Source: Anaerolineae bacterium
GTDB taxonomy: Bacteria > Chloroflexota > Anaerolineae > B4-G1 > SLSP01
NCBI GenBank assembly: GCA_040767155.1
Contig: JAXGPC010000005.1
Location: forward strand, 63,492-127,491
Direction of reading: 5' to 3'
Length of the DNA: 64,000 bases
Below, one piece after another: positions 18,696-28,851 of this stretch (position 1 is its first letter; each line of letters begins with the position of its first letter). The position numbers and the translations under genes are program-made. The notes below the pieces were generated by a model, which was not told where the DNA came from, did no database searches, and worked only from the letters and a program-made list of their open reading frames with translations.

Positions 18696-20084
18696 ATGGC
18701 AATTGACACCGAGCGCGCGCAGATAGCAGAACCCGCGAAGCGATCGCGCTTCGGGACTCTTGTAGCGTTGGCCTTTGGCTACTTCATCGATCAGGGGGAG
18801 GGCCAGGCGATGTCGGTGCTCTTCCCTACGATCAAGTCCTTGTGGGGCCTTGACTACACGGCGCTCGGCACCATTGCCACAATCCGCAACATCCTTCAGT
18901 CGATGAGTGCTCCTTTCTGGGGATTTGCGGCGGACCGATTCTCGCGCAAGGGCGTGATCATCTTCGGGACAGGGGTCTGGGGCATCTGGACGGTAGCGTG
19001 TGGCCTGACCCAAAACTTCGGTCAGCTCCTGGCGATTCGGGCAATCTCCGGCATCGGGTTGGGCTGTCTGATGCCGGCGACCTTCTCCCTTATGTCTGAC
19101 ACCTTCCCGCCGCAGAGGCGCGGGCGCGCCCTGGGTGTTCTGGAGTCCATTGGTGTCCTGGGCATCATCGTCGGGACGCTAGGGCTGGGGATGCTGGCGA
19201 CGCCGACGCTTTGGCGCTGGGGCTTCTTCGTCTTGGGTGGGTTCAGCGTGCTCTCGGGTATCTTCGTGGCGATCTTCGTCAAGGAGCCGGTTCGTGGAAG
19301 TGCTGAACCTGAGCTGGCAGGTAAGATTACGAAGGCCGCCGCCAGCGAATATCGAGCACAGCTTTCCGACGTGTGGAAAGTACTCTCCATTCCGACCATC
19401 TGGGTTGCCATCATTCAGGGACTGGCAGGGAGTATGCCCTGGGTGGTGATGGGCTCATACCTGATTACCTGGTTCGTCGATGTGCGCGGAATGACCGAGG
19501 CAATTGCCTTCGATCACCCGGTAGGCAGCGCTACGTTGACCTTCGCGGGCATCGTAGTTGGCACTGCAGTCAGCAACATCATCGGTGGCATCATGGGTGA
19601 TTGGGCTGAGGGAAAGAATCCCAAGTATGGACGCACTATCGTTGGCCAGGTCTCGATCGTCAGCGGTATCCCGCTGACCTTTATCCTGTTCACCCGGACG
19701 CAGAATTGGCCGTTTGTGGGGCTCTTTGCCCTCTGTTTCGTCACAGCTTTGCTGATCAGTTGGCCCGGCAAGGGTTCGAAGGAGCCGATGATGCAGGGAG
19801 TGGTTCCACCGGAGTTGCGGGCGACGGCTTTTGCGATGACGACCTTCATCGAAAGTGGGTTCGCCGCGTTGGCAGCCTTCATCGCTGGTCGTCTTGCTGA
19901 TTCGCTGGGGTTCACGCGTGCTCTTCTCTGGACGATCCCATTCCCCTGGATCCTCTGTGCCATTCTGTTCTCTGGTTTCTACCTGACCTACCCCAAGGAC
20001 TCCGCGAAGCTGCGCCAGGCGATGGCAGAACGTGCTGAAGCGATGGCTGGCGCTTCTGCAGAGCAGGTGGGCTATGCGGGTTGA
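18696..20084 (+). CDS. MFS transporter
   Basis: About 12 predicted TM segments. MFS signature-like motif AADRFSRKGVIIFG plus loop motifs. Confidence 0.8.
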   Translation: MAIDTERAQIAEPAKRSRFGTLVALAFGYFIDQGEGQAMSVLFPTIKSLWGLDYTALGTIATIRNILQSMSAPFWGFAADRFSRKGVIIFGTGVWGIWTVACGLTQNFGQLLAIRAISGIGLGCLMPATFSLMSDTFPPQRRGRALGVLESIGVLGIIVGTLGLGMLATPTLWRWGFFVLGGFSVLSGIFVAIFVKEPVRGSAEPELAGKITKAAASEYRAQLSDVWKVLSIPTIWVAIIQGLAGSMPWVVMGSYLITWFVDVRGMTEAIAFDHPVGSATLTFAGIVVGTAVSNIIGGIMGDWAEGKNPKYGRTIVGQVSIVSGIPLTFILFTRTQNWPFVGLFALCFVTALLISWPGKGSKEPMMQGVVPPELRATAFAMTTFIESGFAALAAFIAGRLADSLGFTRALLWTIPFPWILCAILFSGFYLTYPKDSAKLRQAMAERAEAMAGASAEQVGYAG

Positions 20085-20724
20085 GCTGATCGCAATCACT
20101 ACCTACCTGCACGGCGATGGTTCTCCGGAGAGCCTGGCCGAACATGCCGGGCGTGTGTGCTATCGCAGCGAGAGCCAGGGTAACCGCGATGCGTTCCTGC
20201 GCGCACGGCTCAAAGCCGGGCATGAGAGCATCATCGAGCACGCGAGTGCGACCTTCGAGGTATCGGGTATCAGTAGGGCCTGTTCCCACCAACTGGTCCG
20301 TCACCGGTTGGCTTCCTATAGCCAGGAGAGCCAGCGTTATGTGGACATGTCCGACCCTGAGGTCGTGGTTCCTGACGCCATCGTGGACAACCCTGATGCG
20401 TTCACCATCTGGTCGCGCTTCATGGAGCAGGTCAAGGAAACCTACCAGGACCTGCGGGCGCTTGGTGTACGAAAGGAAGATGCACGATTCGCGTTGCCCA
20501 ATGCTGCGGCGACGCGTATTGTGGTGACCATGAACTTCCGCGAGCTTCGCCACTTCTTCCGACTGCGCATCACGCCTGAGGCTCAGTGGGAGATTCGGCG
20601 GATGGCCGTGGAAATGCTCAGGCAGTTGTTGCTCTATGCTCCGACGATCTTTGGCGACAGCTTGGCTGAGATTCGGATGCATCATCCTGAGTTGTTGGAA
20701 GCTGACCTCGGCGGCGAAGTCTGA
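20074..20724 (+). CDS. thyX: FAD-dependent thymidylate synthase ThyX
   Basis: ThyX signature RHRLASYSQESQRY (RHRxxxxxxxSxRY) and overall ThyX-like sequence. ATG at 20074 (MRVELIAIT) overlaps the MFS gene end by 11 nt. Confidence 0.85.
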   Translation: MRVELIAITTYLHGDGSPESLAEHAGRVCYRSESQGNRDAFLRARLKAGHESIIEHASATFEVSGISRACSHQLVRHRLASYSQESQRYVDMSDPEVVVPDAIVDNPDAFTIWSRFMEQVKETYQDLRALGVRKEDARFALPNAAATRIVVTMNFRELRHFFRLRITPEAQWEIRRMAVEMLRQLLLYAPTIFGDSLAEIRMHHPELLEADLGGEV

Positions 20725-20739
20725 TCTCCCGTCAACTCC

Positions 20740-21951
20740 ATGGCTCGCGGCCGAGAAGGAAAGGTATCAATGATGTCTGATGAACCATCCCCGGTTGCCC
20801 TAGCCCCTCTTGAGCGCGCATCGGAATCCGTCCTCCAGCAGCAAACCGAGCTATTTGCGCAGCAAGAGGTGTTGGCTGCTACGTTGAATGCGATGGTCCT
20901 CCCCGTACTGGTCGTCAACAGCCACCGGCAGATTATCTTCGCCAATCAGGCGATGGCCGATCTGGTCGATGCCGAGAATGGGGCTGCGCTGGTCGGGATC
21001 AGGCCCGGCGAAGCGTTGCATTGTCACTACGTCGACGCCGGTGAAGCAGGCTGTGGCACGTCCCCTTTCTGTCGGTACTGTGGTGCGGCCCGCGCGATGG
21101 CTGAGGTGGAGCTGGGAGCCGAACGGGAGGAGGAAGCATTCATCCTCCGCGATTTCGGGCAGTTCCCGGCTGCCCTGGACTTGCATATTGTTGCCAAGTC
21201 CTTCCAACTGGGACAGGAGCGCTTCACGATGATGACCATCAGGGACATCAGTGGTGAAAAGCGTCGCGTTGCGATGGAGCGCATCTTCTTCCACGATGTG
21301 CTCAACACAGTTCAGAAGATGCGAATCGCTGCTGACATGCTCGATGAAGAAGATGCTTCGGATGACGAGATGCTGCGCAAAGTCATCCAGAAGTCGGTGA
21401 CGCGCCTTACCGAGGAGATCCTGGCGCAAAGGGATCTGTCTGAGATGGAGAACGGCGAGCTTGCCATTCGGGCAAGCGAGATCCGATCCCGCGAGATTCT
21501 GACGGATATGGTTGACTCGTACCTGGAGGGGGGGCTGGTGCGAGGGCACCGCGTGCAACTCGCGGATGATACAGCGGATGTGCACTTCTTGGTTGACGAA
21601 ACCCAACTACGGCGTGTGCTAGACAATATGCTCAAGAACGCACTTGAGGCTGAGGACACCGAGGCAAAGATTACGCTGGGATGCCGTTTCCTGCTCTCTG
21701 ATCCCCTCCAGGGGCGACCTCGGGATATGGTCGAGTTCTGGGTTCACAACCCGCGCGTCATGTCCGAGGCTGTTCAATGGCAGATCTTTCGGCGCTCCTT
21801 TACCACCAAGGGCAAGGGACGCGGCCTGGGCACCTACAGTATGAAGGTGCTAACTGAGCGCTACCTTGAAGGTGAGATAGACTTTACTTCGGAACCCGGC
21901 CAGGGTACGACCTTCCAGGCCCGTTACCCGGTGTCCCCGAGCTATGCGTAG
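20740..21951 (+). CDS. PAS-domain sensor histidine kinase, cytoplasmic, with a 4-Cys motif in the PAS region
   Basis: PAS-like region (VLVVNSHRQIIFANQAMADLV...CHYVDAGEAGCGTSPFCRYCG), an H-box candidate (IFFHDVLNTV) and a HATPase_c with G-boxes (TKGKGRGLGTYSM). No TM segments. Start could be 20770 (MMSDEP). Confidence 0.75.
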   Translation: MARGREGKVSMMSDEPSPVALAPLERASESVLQQQTELFAQQEVLAATLNAMVLPVLVVNSHRQIIFANQAMADLVDAENGAALVGIRPGEALHCHYVDAGEAGCGTSPFCRYCGAARAMAEVELGAEREEEAFILRDFGQFPAALDLHIVAKSFQLGQERFTMMTIRDISGEKRRVAMERIFFHDVLNTVQKMRIAADMLDEEDASDDEMLRKVIQKSVTRLTEEILAQRDLSEMENGELAIRASEIRSREILTDMVDSYLEGGLVRGHRVQLADDTADVHFLVDETQLRRVLDNMLKNALEAEDTEAKITLGCRFLLSDPLQGRPRDMVEFWVHNPRVMSEAVQWQIFRRSFTTKGKGRGLGTYSMKVLTERYLEGEIDFTSEPGQGTTFQARYPVSPSYA

Positions 21952-21974
21952 GCCGAGACTGCAGTCGTGGCATA

Positions 21975-22670
21975 TCAGGCTGACTCGAAGCCCAGCGCAC
22001 GCTCGCGTAGACTGACGTACCTGTTGTTTCCGATCACCAGGTGATCGAGGACTTCGATCTCCAGCAATTTCCCGGCATCGACGAGTCTGCGCGTCAGTGC
22101 CACATCCTCTGGTGAGGGAGAAGGGTCCCCGGAGGGGTGGTTATGTGCGACGATCACGGCAGCACAATTGCGCCTCACCGCGCTTCGGAATACTTCGGCA
22201 ATCCGGACCAGTGAAGTATTGAGGCTGCCAACGTAGAGCGTTTCCTGGTCGATCACCCGGTTACGGGTATCGAGGAACAGCACGGTGAAGTGCTCCTGCT
22301 CCTGAAACCCTAACTTGGGCATCAAGAGGTGTGCTGCGTCGCTGGGCGCGCGGATCTGCCAGCGTTCCCCTGGGTTCTCAGCCATCAGCCGGCGGCCCAG
22401 CTCCAGTGCTGCCAGGATCTGGGCTGATTTGGCTATCCCCAGGCCGCGCACGCTGGCCAATTGCGAGAACTCCGCGCGCGCCAGTCCTGCCAACCCCTCG
22501 AAACTGGCCAGAAGTCGCTGGGCAAGGGTCAATACGTTCTCGCCTCCCACGCCGACGCGCAAGATGATAGCCAGAAGCTCTGCTGTGGACAGTGCCTGCG
22601 GCCCAGCCCGCATCAAGCGCTCACGAGGACGTTCCTCCGGCGGCATCTCCTTCACGGTGATATAGGTCAT
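21975..22670 (-). CDS. radC: RadC-like JAB/MPN domain protein (UPF0758)
   Basis: HhH N-terminus ([11 protein letters not shown]) and JAMM motif [14 protein letters not shown] (HxHPxG...S..D). Preferred start is ATG at 22670 ([19 protein letters not shown]); the ORF-track extension to 22835 adds 55 non-homologous residues. Confidence 0.8.
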   Translation of the reverse strand: MTYITVKEMPPEERPRERLMRAGPQALSTAELLAIILRVGVGGENVLTLAQRLLASFEGLAGLARAEFSQLASVRGLGIAKSAQILAALELGRRLMAENPGERWQIRAPSDAAHLLMPKLGFQEQEHFTVLFLDTRNRVIDQETLYVGSLNTSLVRIAEVFRSAVRRNCAAVIVAHNHPSGDPSPSPEDVALTRRLVDAGKLLEIEVLDHLVIGNNRYVSLRERALGFESA

Positions 22671-22783
22671 CAGCTTGCCTCCCCTATGGTCGATGGTACA
22701 ATGCGGGTGGTCGGGGTGCCCTATGTCTGGCAGCCGGTGTGTCCCCGATCGCACCCGCGATTCGGCAAAGGAGTCCCTGGCAC

Positions 22784-23296
22784 ATGATTGACCAGCTTCT
22801 AGAGATCTTGCCGCAGGTGGTGACCGTTCTGACACTGGTCACAGCGGTTTTCGTCACGAGCCTGTGGCTGGGCATGGTCCTCTGGACCTTTCGCGATATC
22901 CGTGCCCGCACCCGCGACATCGTTGTGCAGATACTGGCGACGTTCATGGTTGCTGTTTTGACGTTGCCAGGCCTGATTGTCTACTTCCTCATTCGCCCCC
23001 GTGAGACGCTGGCGGAGGCCTATGAACATGCGCTAGAACAGGAAGCCCTGCTTCAGGCGATCGAAGAGCCCGAGGTGTGCCCTGGATGTGGCGCCAAGGT
23101 GAAGGACGAGTTCATTTACTGTCCCTACTGCCATACCCACTTGCGCAAGAAGTGCCTCGAATGTGAGTCTGTGCTGGCGCTGGACTGGAATATCTGTCCT
23201 TTCTGCGGAGCCTCGCAGGGGAGCACCGTTGTTGCCCCCGTGATCGATCGCCAGTTCGAGACGGCTCCCGAGCCTGAGGCGTCGGTGCAGGCCTGA
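22784..23296 (+). CDS. membrane protein with C-terminal double zinc-ribbon
   Basis: Two TM helices followed by CPGCGAKV...CPYCHTHL...CLECESVL...CPFCGAS, four CxxC pairs. AAAGGAG RBS at 22767-22773 precedes ATG 22784. Confidence 0.55.
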   Translation: MIDQLLEILPQVVTVLTLVTAVFVTSLWLGMVLWTFRDIRARTRDIVVQILATFMVAVLTLPGLIVYFLIRPRETLAEAYEHALEQEALLQAIEEPEVCPGCGAKVKDEFIYCPYCHTHLRKKCLECESVLALDWNICPFCGASQGSTVVAPVIDRQFETAPEPEASVQA

Positions 23297-23333
23297 GGCG
23301 CCTGAACTGCATCAGCAAACCTTTTGCTACGAT

Positions 23334-23362
23334 GGACACCGGGGCGATTCGCCCCGGTGTCC
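23334..23362. terminator. bidirectional intrinsic-terminator-like hairpin between the convergent zinc-ribbon gene and pyk
   Basis: Perfect 12-13 bp GC-rich inverted repeat GGACACCGGGGCG-ATT-CGCCCCGGTGTCC, followed by CTTCTGTGT and preceded by a T-rich stretch. Confidence 0.55.
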
Positions 23363-23376
23363 TTCTGTGTCCAGGG

Positions 23377-24858
23377 CTAGAGTAGATCCGCCTCGCGGAT
23401 TGTGTGTACCTTTACCATGTTGGTCACGCCGTGCACCTCCAGCGGGATCCCTGCCGTCAGCACCACATTATCGTCGATTTGGACGTGACCCCGTGCTTTA
23501 GCGGCACGGACCATCTTGAGGATCATCTCATCCGTGTTGTGGAATGCAGAGACCACGAGCGGCGTGACGCCCCACAGCAGTTGCATCCGGCGAGCCGTTG
23601 ACTCGAAGGGGGTAATCCCCAGTAGCGGGACCCTGGGCCGGTGTCTCGCAATGATGCGCGCTGTGCGCCCTGATTCCGAAGAGCACAGAATCGCGGTTGC
23701 CCGCGATGCGATAGCGACGGCAACCGTGGAGCGGCTGATCGCCGTTGTGATCATCTCGGCATTCGGTTGGTCTCCCCCGACCGGAGGGTCGAGGCGTTGG
23801 TTGTAGGGGAAGTTATCCGATGTCTCGACGTTTTTAGCGATGCGCGCCATCATCTGGACGGCCTCGACCGGGTATCGTCCTACCGACGTCTCCCCCGACA
23901 ACATCACGGCATCGCTTCCGTCAAGGATCGCGTTGGCGACGTCAGAGGCTTCAGCGCGTGTGGGGCGGGGCGATTCGATCATTGACTGGAGCATCTGTGT
24001 CGCAGTGATGACCGGTTTGCCCAGCGCGTTGCAGAGGTGGATCATACGCTTCTGGACCATTGGCACACGCTCCGGCGCGATCTCCACGCCCAGGTCACCC
24101 CGCGCGACCATCACACCGTCCGCAGTCCTCACAATGTCCTCGAGCTCATCCAACGCCTCAGGCTTCTCTATCTTCGCTACAAGGCCCGGGATCACGTGGG
24201 GATCGTGGCCCACCTGACGCGTTTCCGGTGCGTCAACGTGCGCAAGAAGATAATCGCGCAATACCTCTACATCCGAAGCTCGCCGCACAAAGGAGAGGGC
24301 CAGGTAGTCCAGACCGAGGCTTAGCGCTACCAGAGCATCTTCTCGATCTTTCTCGGTCAAGGCATCGATGCGCAAGGCCACACCAGGTAGATTGACACCT
24401 TTGTGGGAGCTCAGAATCCCCCCTACCACGACACGACAGGTCAGCCGCGCTGGTGCTTTGGTCACGGCTACCAGCTCGAGTGCACCGTCGTCCAGCAGCA
24501 GGCGATCGCCCGGACTCACGTCGTCGATGATGTCAGGATGAGGGAATGGGATTTCGTTTGGAGCGCCCTGGGGCACGGCAGCCAGAATGACTTCATCGCC
24601 CGCACTGATCCGCATGCCGCCTTCCGGGAGTCTACCGATGCGGATTTTCGGTCCCTGCAGGTCGCCCATCAGGGCGACGTAGCGCCCCTCCTCGACTGCC
24701 ACACGGCGGACCAGTTCTGCTGTAGCACGTTTCTCTTCGGGCGTGCCGTGGGAGAAGTTGAGACGTGCGACGGTCATTCCGGCGCAGATCATGGCGCGCA
24801 GTACTTCTGGGTTTTCGGTTGCAGGACCGAGGGTGCAGACGATCTTGGTCTGAGGCAT
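23377..24858 (-). CDS. pyk: pyruvate kinase
   Basis: MPQTKIVCTLGPATENPEVL...ARLNFSHGT...MVARGDLGVEI...MLSGETSVGRYP are canonical PK motifs. ATG at 24858; the ORF-track start at 24879 adds 7 residues. Confidence 0.9.
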   Translation of the reverse strand: MPQTKIVCTLGPATENPEVLRAMICAGMTVARLNFSHGTPEEKRATAELVRRVAVEEGRYVALMGDLQGPKIRIGRLPEGGMRISAGDEVILAAVPQGAPNEIPFPHPDIIDDVSPGDRLLLDDGALELVAVTKAPARLTCRVVVGGILSSHKGVNLPGVALRIDALTEKDREDALVALSLGLDYLALSFVRRASDVEVLRDYLLAHVDAPETRQVGHDPHVIPGLVAKIEKPEALDELEDIVRTADGVMVARGDLGVEIAPERVPMVQKRMIHLCNALGKPVITATQMLQSMIESPRPTRAEASDVANAILDGSDAVMLSGETSVGRYPVEAVQMMARIAKNVETSDNFPYNQRLDPPVGGDQPNAEMITTAISRSTVAVAIASRATAILCSSESGRTARIIARHRPRVPLLGITPFESTARRMQLLWGVTPLVVSAFHNTDEMILKMVRAAKARGHVQIDDNVVLTAGIPLEVHGVTNMVKVHTIREADLL

Positions 24859-25006
24859 GATGAACTCCTTGACGTGCACGGAGATAACTGGCTGCGTTGA
24901 TTTTACTCACTGACCCGGCGTTGTCCATCCAACGCATCTTGAGACCTTCGCGGTTGATGGAGCTGGGACGTATTCTGCGCCCTAGGTTTGCCAGCAACAT
25001 CGGTCT

Positions 25007-28000
25007 GTGCCATACTGTGATACAGACACCTGGGCACCGAGGGAAAGAATGCAGCGACAAGCGAATGGCAGCCTCGGCTCACGCCCGACGGTCGGCATCG
25101 TCATGCGGGGCTTCCGCCGCCCCGACTATGACATCTGGCTGAGTGCGACGGAGGCTGCCGGTGAGGCAGGCCTCAATGTTCTGACCTTTGCCGGTCAGCC
25201 ACTCCGGTCTCCCGTTGGGTACGAGCACCAGGCCAACTCGGTATACGATCTGATCAACCCTCGCCGGCTGGCTGGTATTATCTTGCTTACCAGCGGGCTG
25301 GGCCTCTATGTGGGGGTTGAGGGGATGCGCTCCTTCTGTGCTCCCCTGTCTGGCACCCCCCTTGTGAGCGTCCAGATGCTCTTGCCCGGTATTCCCAGTA
25401 TCCTCATCGACAATTACCGGGGAATGCGCGAGGTTGTCGACCATCTCATCGACGTGCACGGCTACCAGCACATAGCTTTTTTGCGCGGCCCCTTGACCCA
25501 CCGTGGGGCGCGCGAGCGCTATCGCGCCTATGTGGAGTCGCTCGAGGCCCACACTATTGCGGTTGATCCCCACCTTGTGATGCCTCCTGGCGAGGGTTGG
25601 GAGAACCGTGAGGGCATTGGGCGGTTCTTGGCAGGCTTTGGGCGCCAGCTTCCTCGCCGTGTCGAAGCGATTGTGGGTACGAGCGCCTCACTGGCACAGC
25701 AGGCGCTGGCGTGGCTGGTGCAGCATGGCTTCCGCGTTCCCGAAGATGTTGCGCTGACTGGGTTCGACGACTTTCCCCACCTGACCGGCATGACGCCTCC
25801 GCTGACGACGACACACGCTCCTTTCGACGAAGTAGGTCGCAGGGCTATCTCGATGCTGCTGGCACAAATGCGGGGTGAGCAGGTCCCCTTGGTCCAGGAA
25901 ATACCGACACGGATCGTCGTCCGTCAATCCTGCGGCTGCCCTAGCGAAGCAACTCTTCGCGCTAGCCTGCTGCGTCCGGATAGGGTCGCAACTGTACCCC
26001 TACGGATCAATACTCTGGCTGCTGATCCGGTTCCCGCTCTACAGGCTCGGAGGGAAGAAATCGTGCCGGAGATCATCCAGCTGGTTTCCGGTCATGCCAC
26101 CACGAACTGTGAAGAGCTGGGCACCTGGGCTGCCAGGTTGATTGATGCACTGATCGCCGACCTGAGCGCCCCGGAGTCCCAGCTCAGCAAGGTTTCTGCG
26201 GACTCGTCCTTCGTGAGACTCTTGGCGCAGGCGGTGCTCGATTGTGCGCAGGGACGTCACGATGTGACGTGCTACCAGGATCTCATCTCATTGTTGCGCC
26301 GTGTTGCCATCGGCCCGTTGATGGCCCCAATTGGCGCCATTCCTGCACCGATAGCACGCAGCTGGGCTCTTGCCGAGGAGCTTTTCACGCAGGCACGGAT
26401 CATCGCCGGACAGAGTGCTGAGAGTCTCGTCGCAGCTTCGCAGTTTGCTATGGGGCAGCAAGCTGTCTCATTGACGCAGGTGGGACACATCCTTACGACC
26501 GTGACCGATATGGACGAGCTCAGGACCACTTTGGCGCAAGAACTGCCAAAACTCGGCATCCGGGGGTGCTTTGTAGCACTCCGTGAGGAAGGATCGTCTG
26601 ACATAGGACAGGTCCGACTTCAGTTTGCAAGTACCGCAAGGGGTCCTATTGACGTGCCGGACGTCGGTGTGTGTGCCCGGGTCGAGGAGATTCTTCCGGC
26701 AGGCATGTTCCAGCAGCTTGATCGCGATGGTCCATTCAATCTGGTGGCTGAATCGCTCTTTGTGCGCCACGACCAGTATGGATATGTTCTGTTTGGCGTA
26801 GGGCCGCGCGATATCCTCTTCGAGGATCAACCAACACAGAGTACGGTGTATGACCTGGTGCGAAGTTATATCAGCGACGCGCTTTGCGGCATCTTGCTTT
26901 ACGATCAAGCCGTGCGTGCGCGGCAACAAGCTGAGGAGGCCGACAGGCTCAAAAGTCGCTTCCTGTCCATGGTGAGCCACGAGTTAAGGACCCCACTGAA
27001 CCTGATCGTCAGCGTGAGCGAGATGCTGTTGTGGGAACAGCACAGTCACGAACAGGAGCTCATGCGCATTCATGCCAGTGCCCAGCATCTGGACGGCCTG
27101 ATCCGCGACGTATTGGACCTGGCCAGCAGCCAGGTCGGCCAACTCCGTCTGGTCCGCGAGCCACTTGATCTCCGGCAGGCGTTGGAGGTTGTGCTGATGA
27201 TTGGGCAGCAGATGGCGCAGGACAAGGGGCTGGCCTGGTCGACGCAAATCCCGGAGTCGTTACCGCGAGTTCTGGGCGACCGGACCCGGCTACGCCAGGT
27301 TGCACTGAACCTGGTCAGCAATGCCATCCGCTTCACGTCAGCGGGTGAGGTGCGTCTGGCCATAGAGACGGCCCCGGGTGAGGTCAAGGTGCTCGTGAGT
27401 GACACTGGCATTGGCGTACCGTCAGAAGAACATGAGTCCATCTTCGATGAGTTCAGGCAGTCGGAGCGAACCACCACCCGTGGATATGGTGGCCTGGGAT
27501 TGGGGTTGGCGATCAGTCGCCGACTGGTCGAGATGCACGGTGGCACAATAGGTGTCACCTCTAGCGGCGTGGAGGGCGAGGGAGCCACGTTCTACTTCAC
27601 GTTGCCGACCGTGGGGCCAGGGTGCGCCAGCCAACCGGACTTCCGCGACTCCCAGGCTGCAAGGATGGTCTTGGTAGTCTCCGAAGCCGACAGTGAGGCT
27701 CGCGAACTGTGTGCCTACCTCGAAGATGCCGGATATGGGGTGCATGAGTTCCGCATCGAAGGGCGTGAGGCCCTTAACAACCCTGAGGCGTGGCTCAAAG
27801 AAGTACTCCTGTGTGCGCCGAGCGCCGTAATCCTGGGCATGGGACCGGCATCGGAACACGGCTGGGCGATGCTCAAGGTACTCAAAGAGAATCCCGCAAC
27901 ACAGAGCATCCCTGTATTGTTCTATGCATTGTTGCAGTCGGATCGGGGCGGTTCTATGCTTGCTCTGGATTACCTTACCAAGCCAATGAGCATTGCTGAT

Positions 28001-28795
28001 CTGGTCCAGGTGCTGGAACGACAGGGGGTTGCGGTATGGGAAACCCGTGATGGGGACGGGCGTGTTCCTGGCTGTGAGCTTCCAGCTACGATCCTGCTCG
28101 TTGACGACGAACCCGAGATTCTCGGCACGCACAGTTGGCTTTTGCAGTCACAGCTCCCCGACAGCCGGATTCTTCAGGCAACGGACGGGCGCCAGGCCCT
28201 TGAGACAATGTCCACCCTACGACCTGACTTGGTGCTCCTCGACTTGATGATGCCGGGAATGAGTGGTTTCGAGGTGATCGCAGCAATGCAGACGTCTCCC
28301 CATCTGGCCGATGTTCCGGTCGTGGTCCTCACAGGCAAGACTTTGACGGAGCAGGAACTGGAGCAGCTCAACCAGGGTGTTGCTGCTGTGCTCAGCAAGG
28401 GCTTGTTCTCTGCCCAGGAGACACTGCGCCATCTGGAGACTGCACTGCAACGTGGTTTTGTCGCCAACCCAGAGACCCGTAGGCTGGTGCGGCGGGCTAT
28501 GGCTTACATTCATGAGCACTATATGGAGCCGATCGCCCGTAAGGAGATCGCTGCGCACGTCAGCATCAGTGCGAGGCATCTGGATCGTTGTTTCTCCGAT
28601 GAGATCGGGATTACACCCATGGCTTACCTCAACCGCTTCCGCCTGCGGAATGCCAGACGGTTGCTCCAGAGCACGACGTTGAGCATCAGCGAGGTCGCCG
28701 CAGCCGTAGGGTTCTCCGATAGCAGTTACTTCTGCAGAGTGTTCCGGCGCGACCTGGGAATGTCGCCGACAGACTACCGGCACCTTCAGGTCTGA
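25007..28795 (+). CDS. hybrid sensor kinase/regulator. Domain order: LacI-type periplasmic-binding-protein-like sugar-binding domain without HTH; helical/GAF-like region; HisKA; HATPase_c; pseudo-receiver; receiver; AraC-type HTH
   Basis: Approximate domains. PBP type-I sugar-binding fold at about 25090-25930 (TVGIVMRGFRRPDY...LTGFDDFPH...). H-box SHELRTPLN, with the His codon at 26978. HATPase N/G boxes (LVSNAIRFT...DTGIGVP...GGLGLGLAI) at about 27300-27600. A receiver-like domain without the phospho-Asp at about 27665-28010. A canonical REC (ILLVDDEPEIL...LVLLDLMMPGMSGFEV...VVVLTGK) at about 28090-28400. AraC HTH (ISEVAAAVGFSDSSYFCRVFRRDLGMSPTDYR) at about 28470-28785. No TM segment or signal peptide. 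Confidence 0.85.
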   Translation: MPYCDTDTWAPRERMQRQANGSLGSRPTVGIVMRGFRRPDYDIWLSATEAAGEAGLNVLTFAGQPLRSPVGYEHQANSVYDLINPRRLAGIILLTSGLGLYVGVEGMRSFCAPLSGTPLVSVQMLLPGIPSILIDNYRGMREVVDHLIDVHGYQHIAFLRGPLTHRGARERYRAYVESLEAHTIAVDPHLVMPPGEGWENREGIGRFLAGFGRQLPRRVEAIVGTSASLAQQALAWLVQHGFRVPEDVALTGFDDFPHLTGMTPPLTTTHAPFDEVGRRAISMLLAQMRGEQVPLVQEIPTRIVVRQSCGCPSEATLRASLLRPDRVATVPLRINTLAADPVPALQARREEIVPEIIQLVSGHATTNCEELGTWAARLIDALIADLSAPESQLSKVSADSSFVRLLAQAVLDCAQGRHDVTCYQDLISLLRRVAIGPLMAPIGAIPAPIARSWALAEELFTQARIIAGQSAESLVAASQFAMGQQAVSLTQVGHILTTVTDMDELRTTLAQELPKLGIRGCFVALREEGSSDIGQVRLQFASTARGPIDVPDVGVCARVEEILPAGMFQQLDRDGPFNLVAESLFVRHDQYGYVLFGVGPRDILFEDQPTQSTVYDLVRSYISDALCGILLYDQAVRARQQAEEADRLKSRFLSMVSHELRTPLNLIVSVSEMLLWEQHSHEQELMRIHASAQHLDGLIRDVLDLASSQVGQLRLVREPLDLRQALEVVLMIGQQMAQDKGLAWSTQIPESLPRVLGDRTRLRQVALNLVSNAIRFTSAGEVRLAIETAPGEVKVLVSDTGIGVPSEEHESIFDEFRQSERTTTRGYGGLGLGLAISRRLVEMHGGTIGVTSSGVEGEGATFYFTLPTVGPGCASQPDFRDSQAARMVLVVSEADSEARELCAYLEDAGYGVHEFRIEGREALNNPEAWLKEVLLCAPSAVILGMGPASEHGWAMLKVLKENPATQSIPVLFYALLQSDRGGSMLALDYLTKPMSIADLVQVLERQGVAVWETRDGDGRVPGCELPATILLVDDEPEILGTHSWLLQSQLPDSRILQATDGRQALETMSTLRPDLVLLDLMMPGMSGFEVIAAMQTSPHLADVPVVVLTGKTLTEQELEQLNQGVAAVLSKGLFSAQETLRHLETALQRGFVANPETRRLVRRAMAYIHEHYMEPIARKEIAAHVSISARHLDRCFSDEIGITPMAYLNRFRLRNARRLLQSTTLSISEVAAAVGFSDSSYFCRVFRRDLGMSPTDYRHLQV

Positions 28796-28829
28796 GCCAG
28801 TACATCCGGTACCTCGTCAGGCGATGGAT

Positions 28830-28851
28830 GCCCGCTGCGTTATGAGCGGGC
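28830..28851 (+). terminator. weak terminator-like hairpin after the hybrid regulator gene
   Basis: GCCCGCT-gcgttatg-AGCGGGC, a 7-bp stem with no U-tract. Followed by an AT-rich promoter-like region at 28900-28990. Confidence 0.3.
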
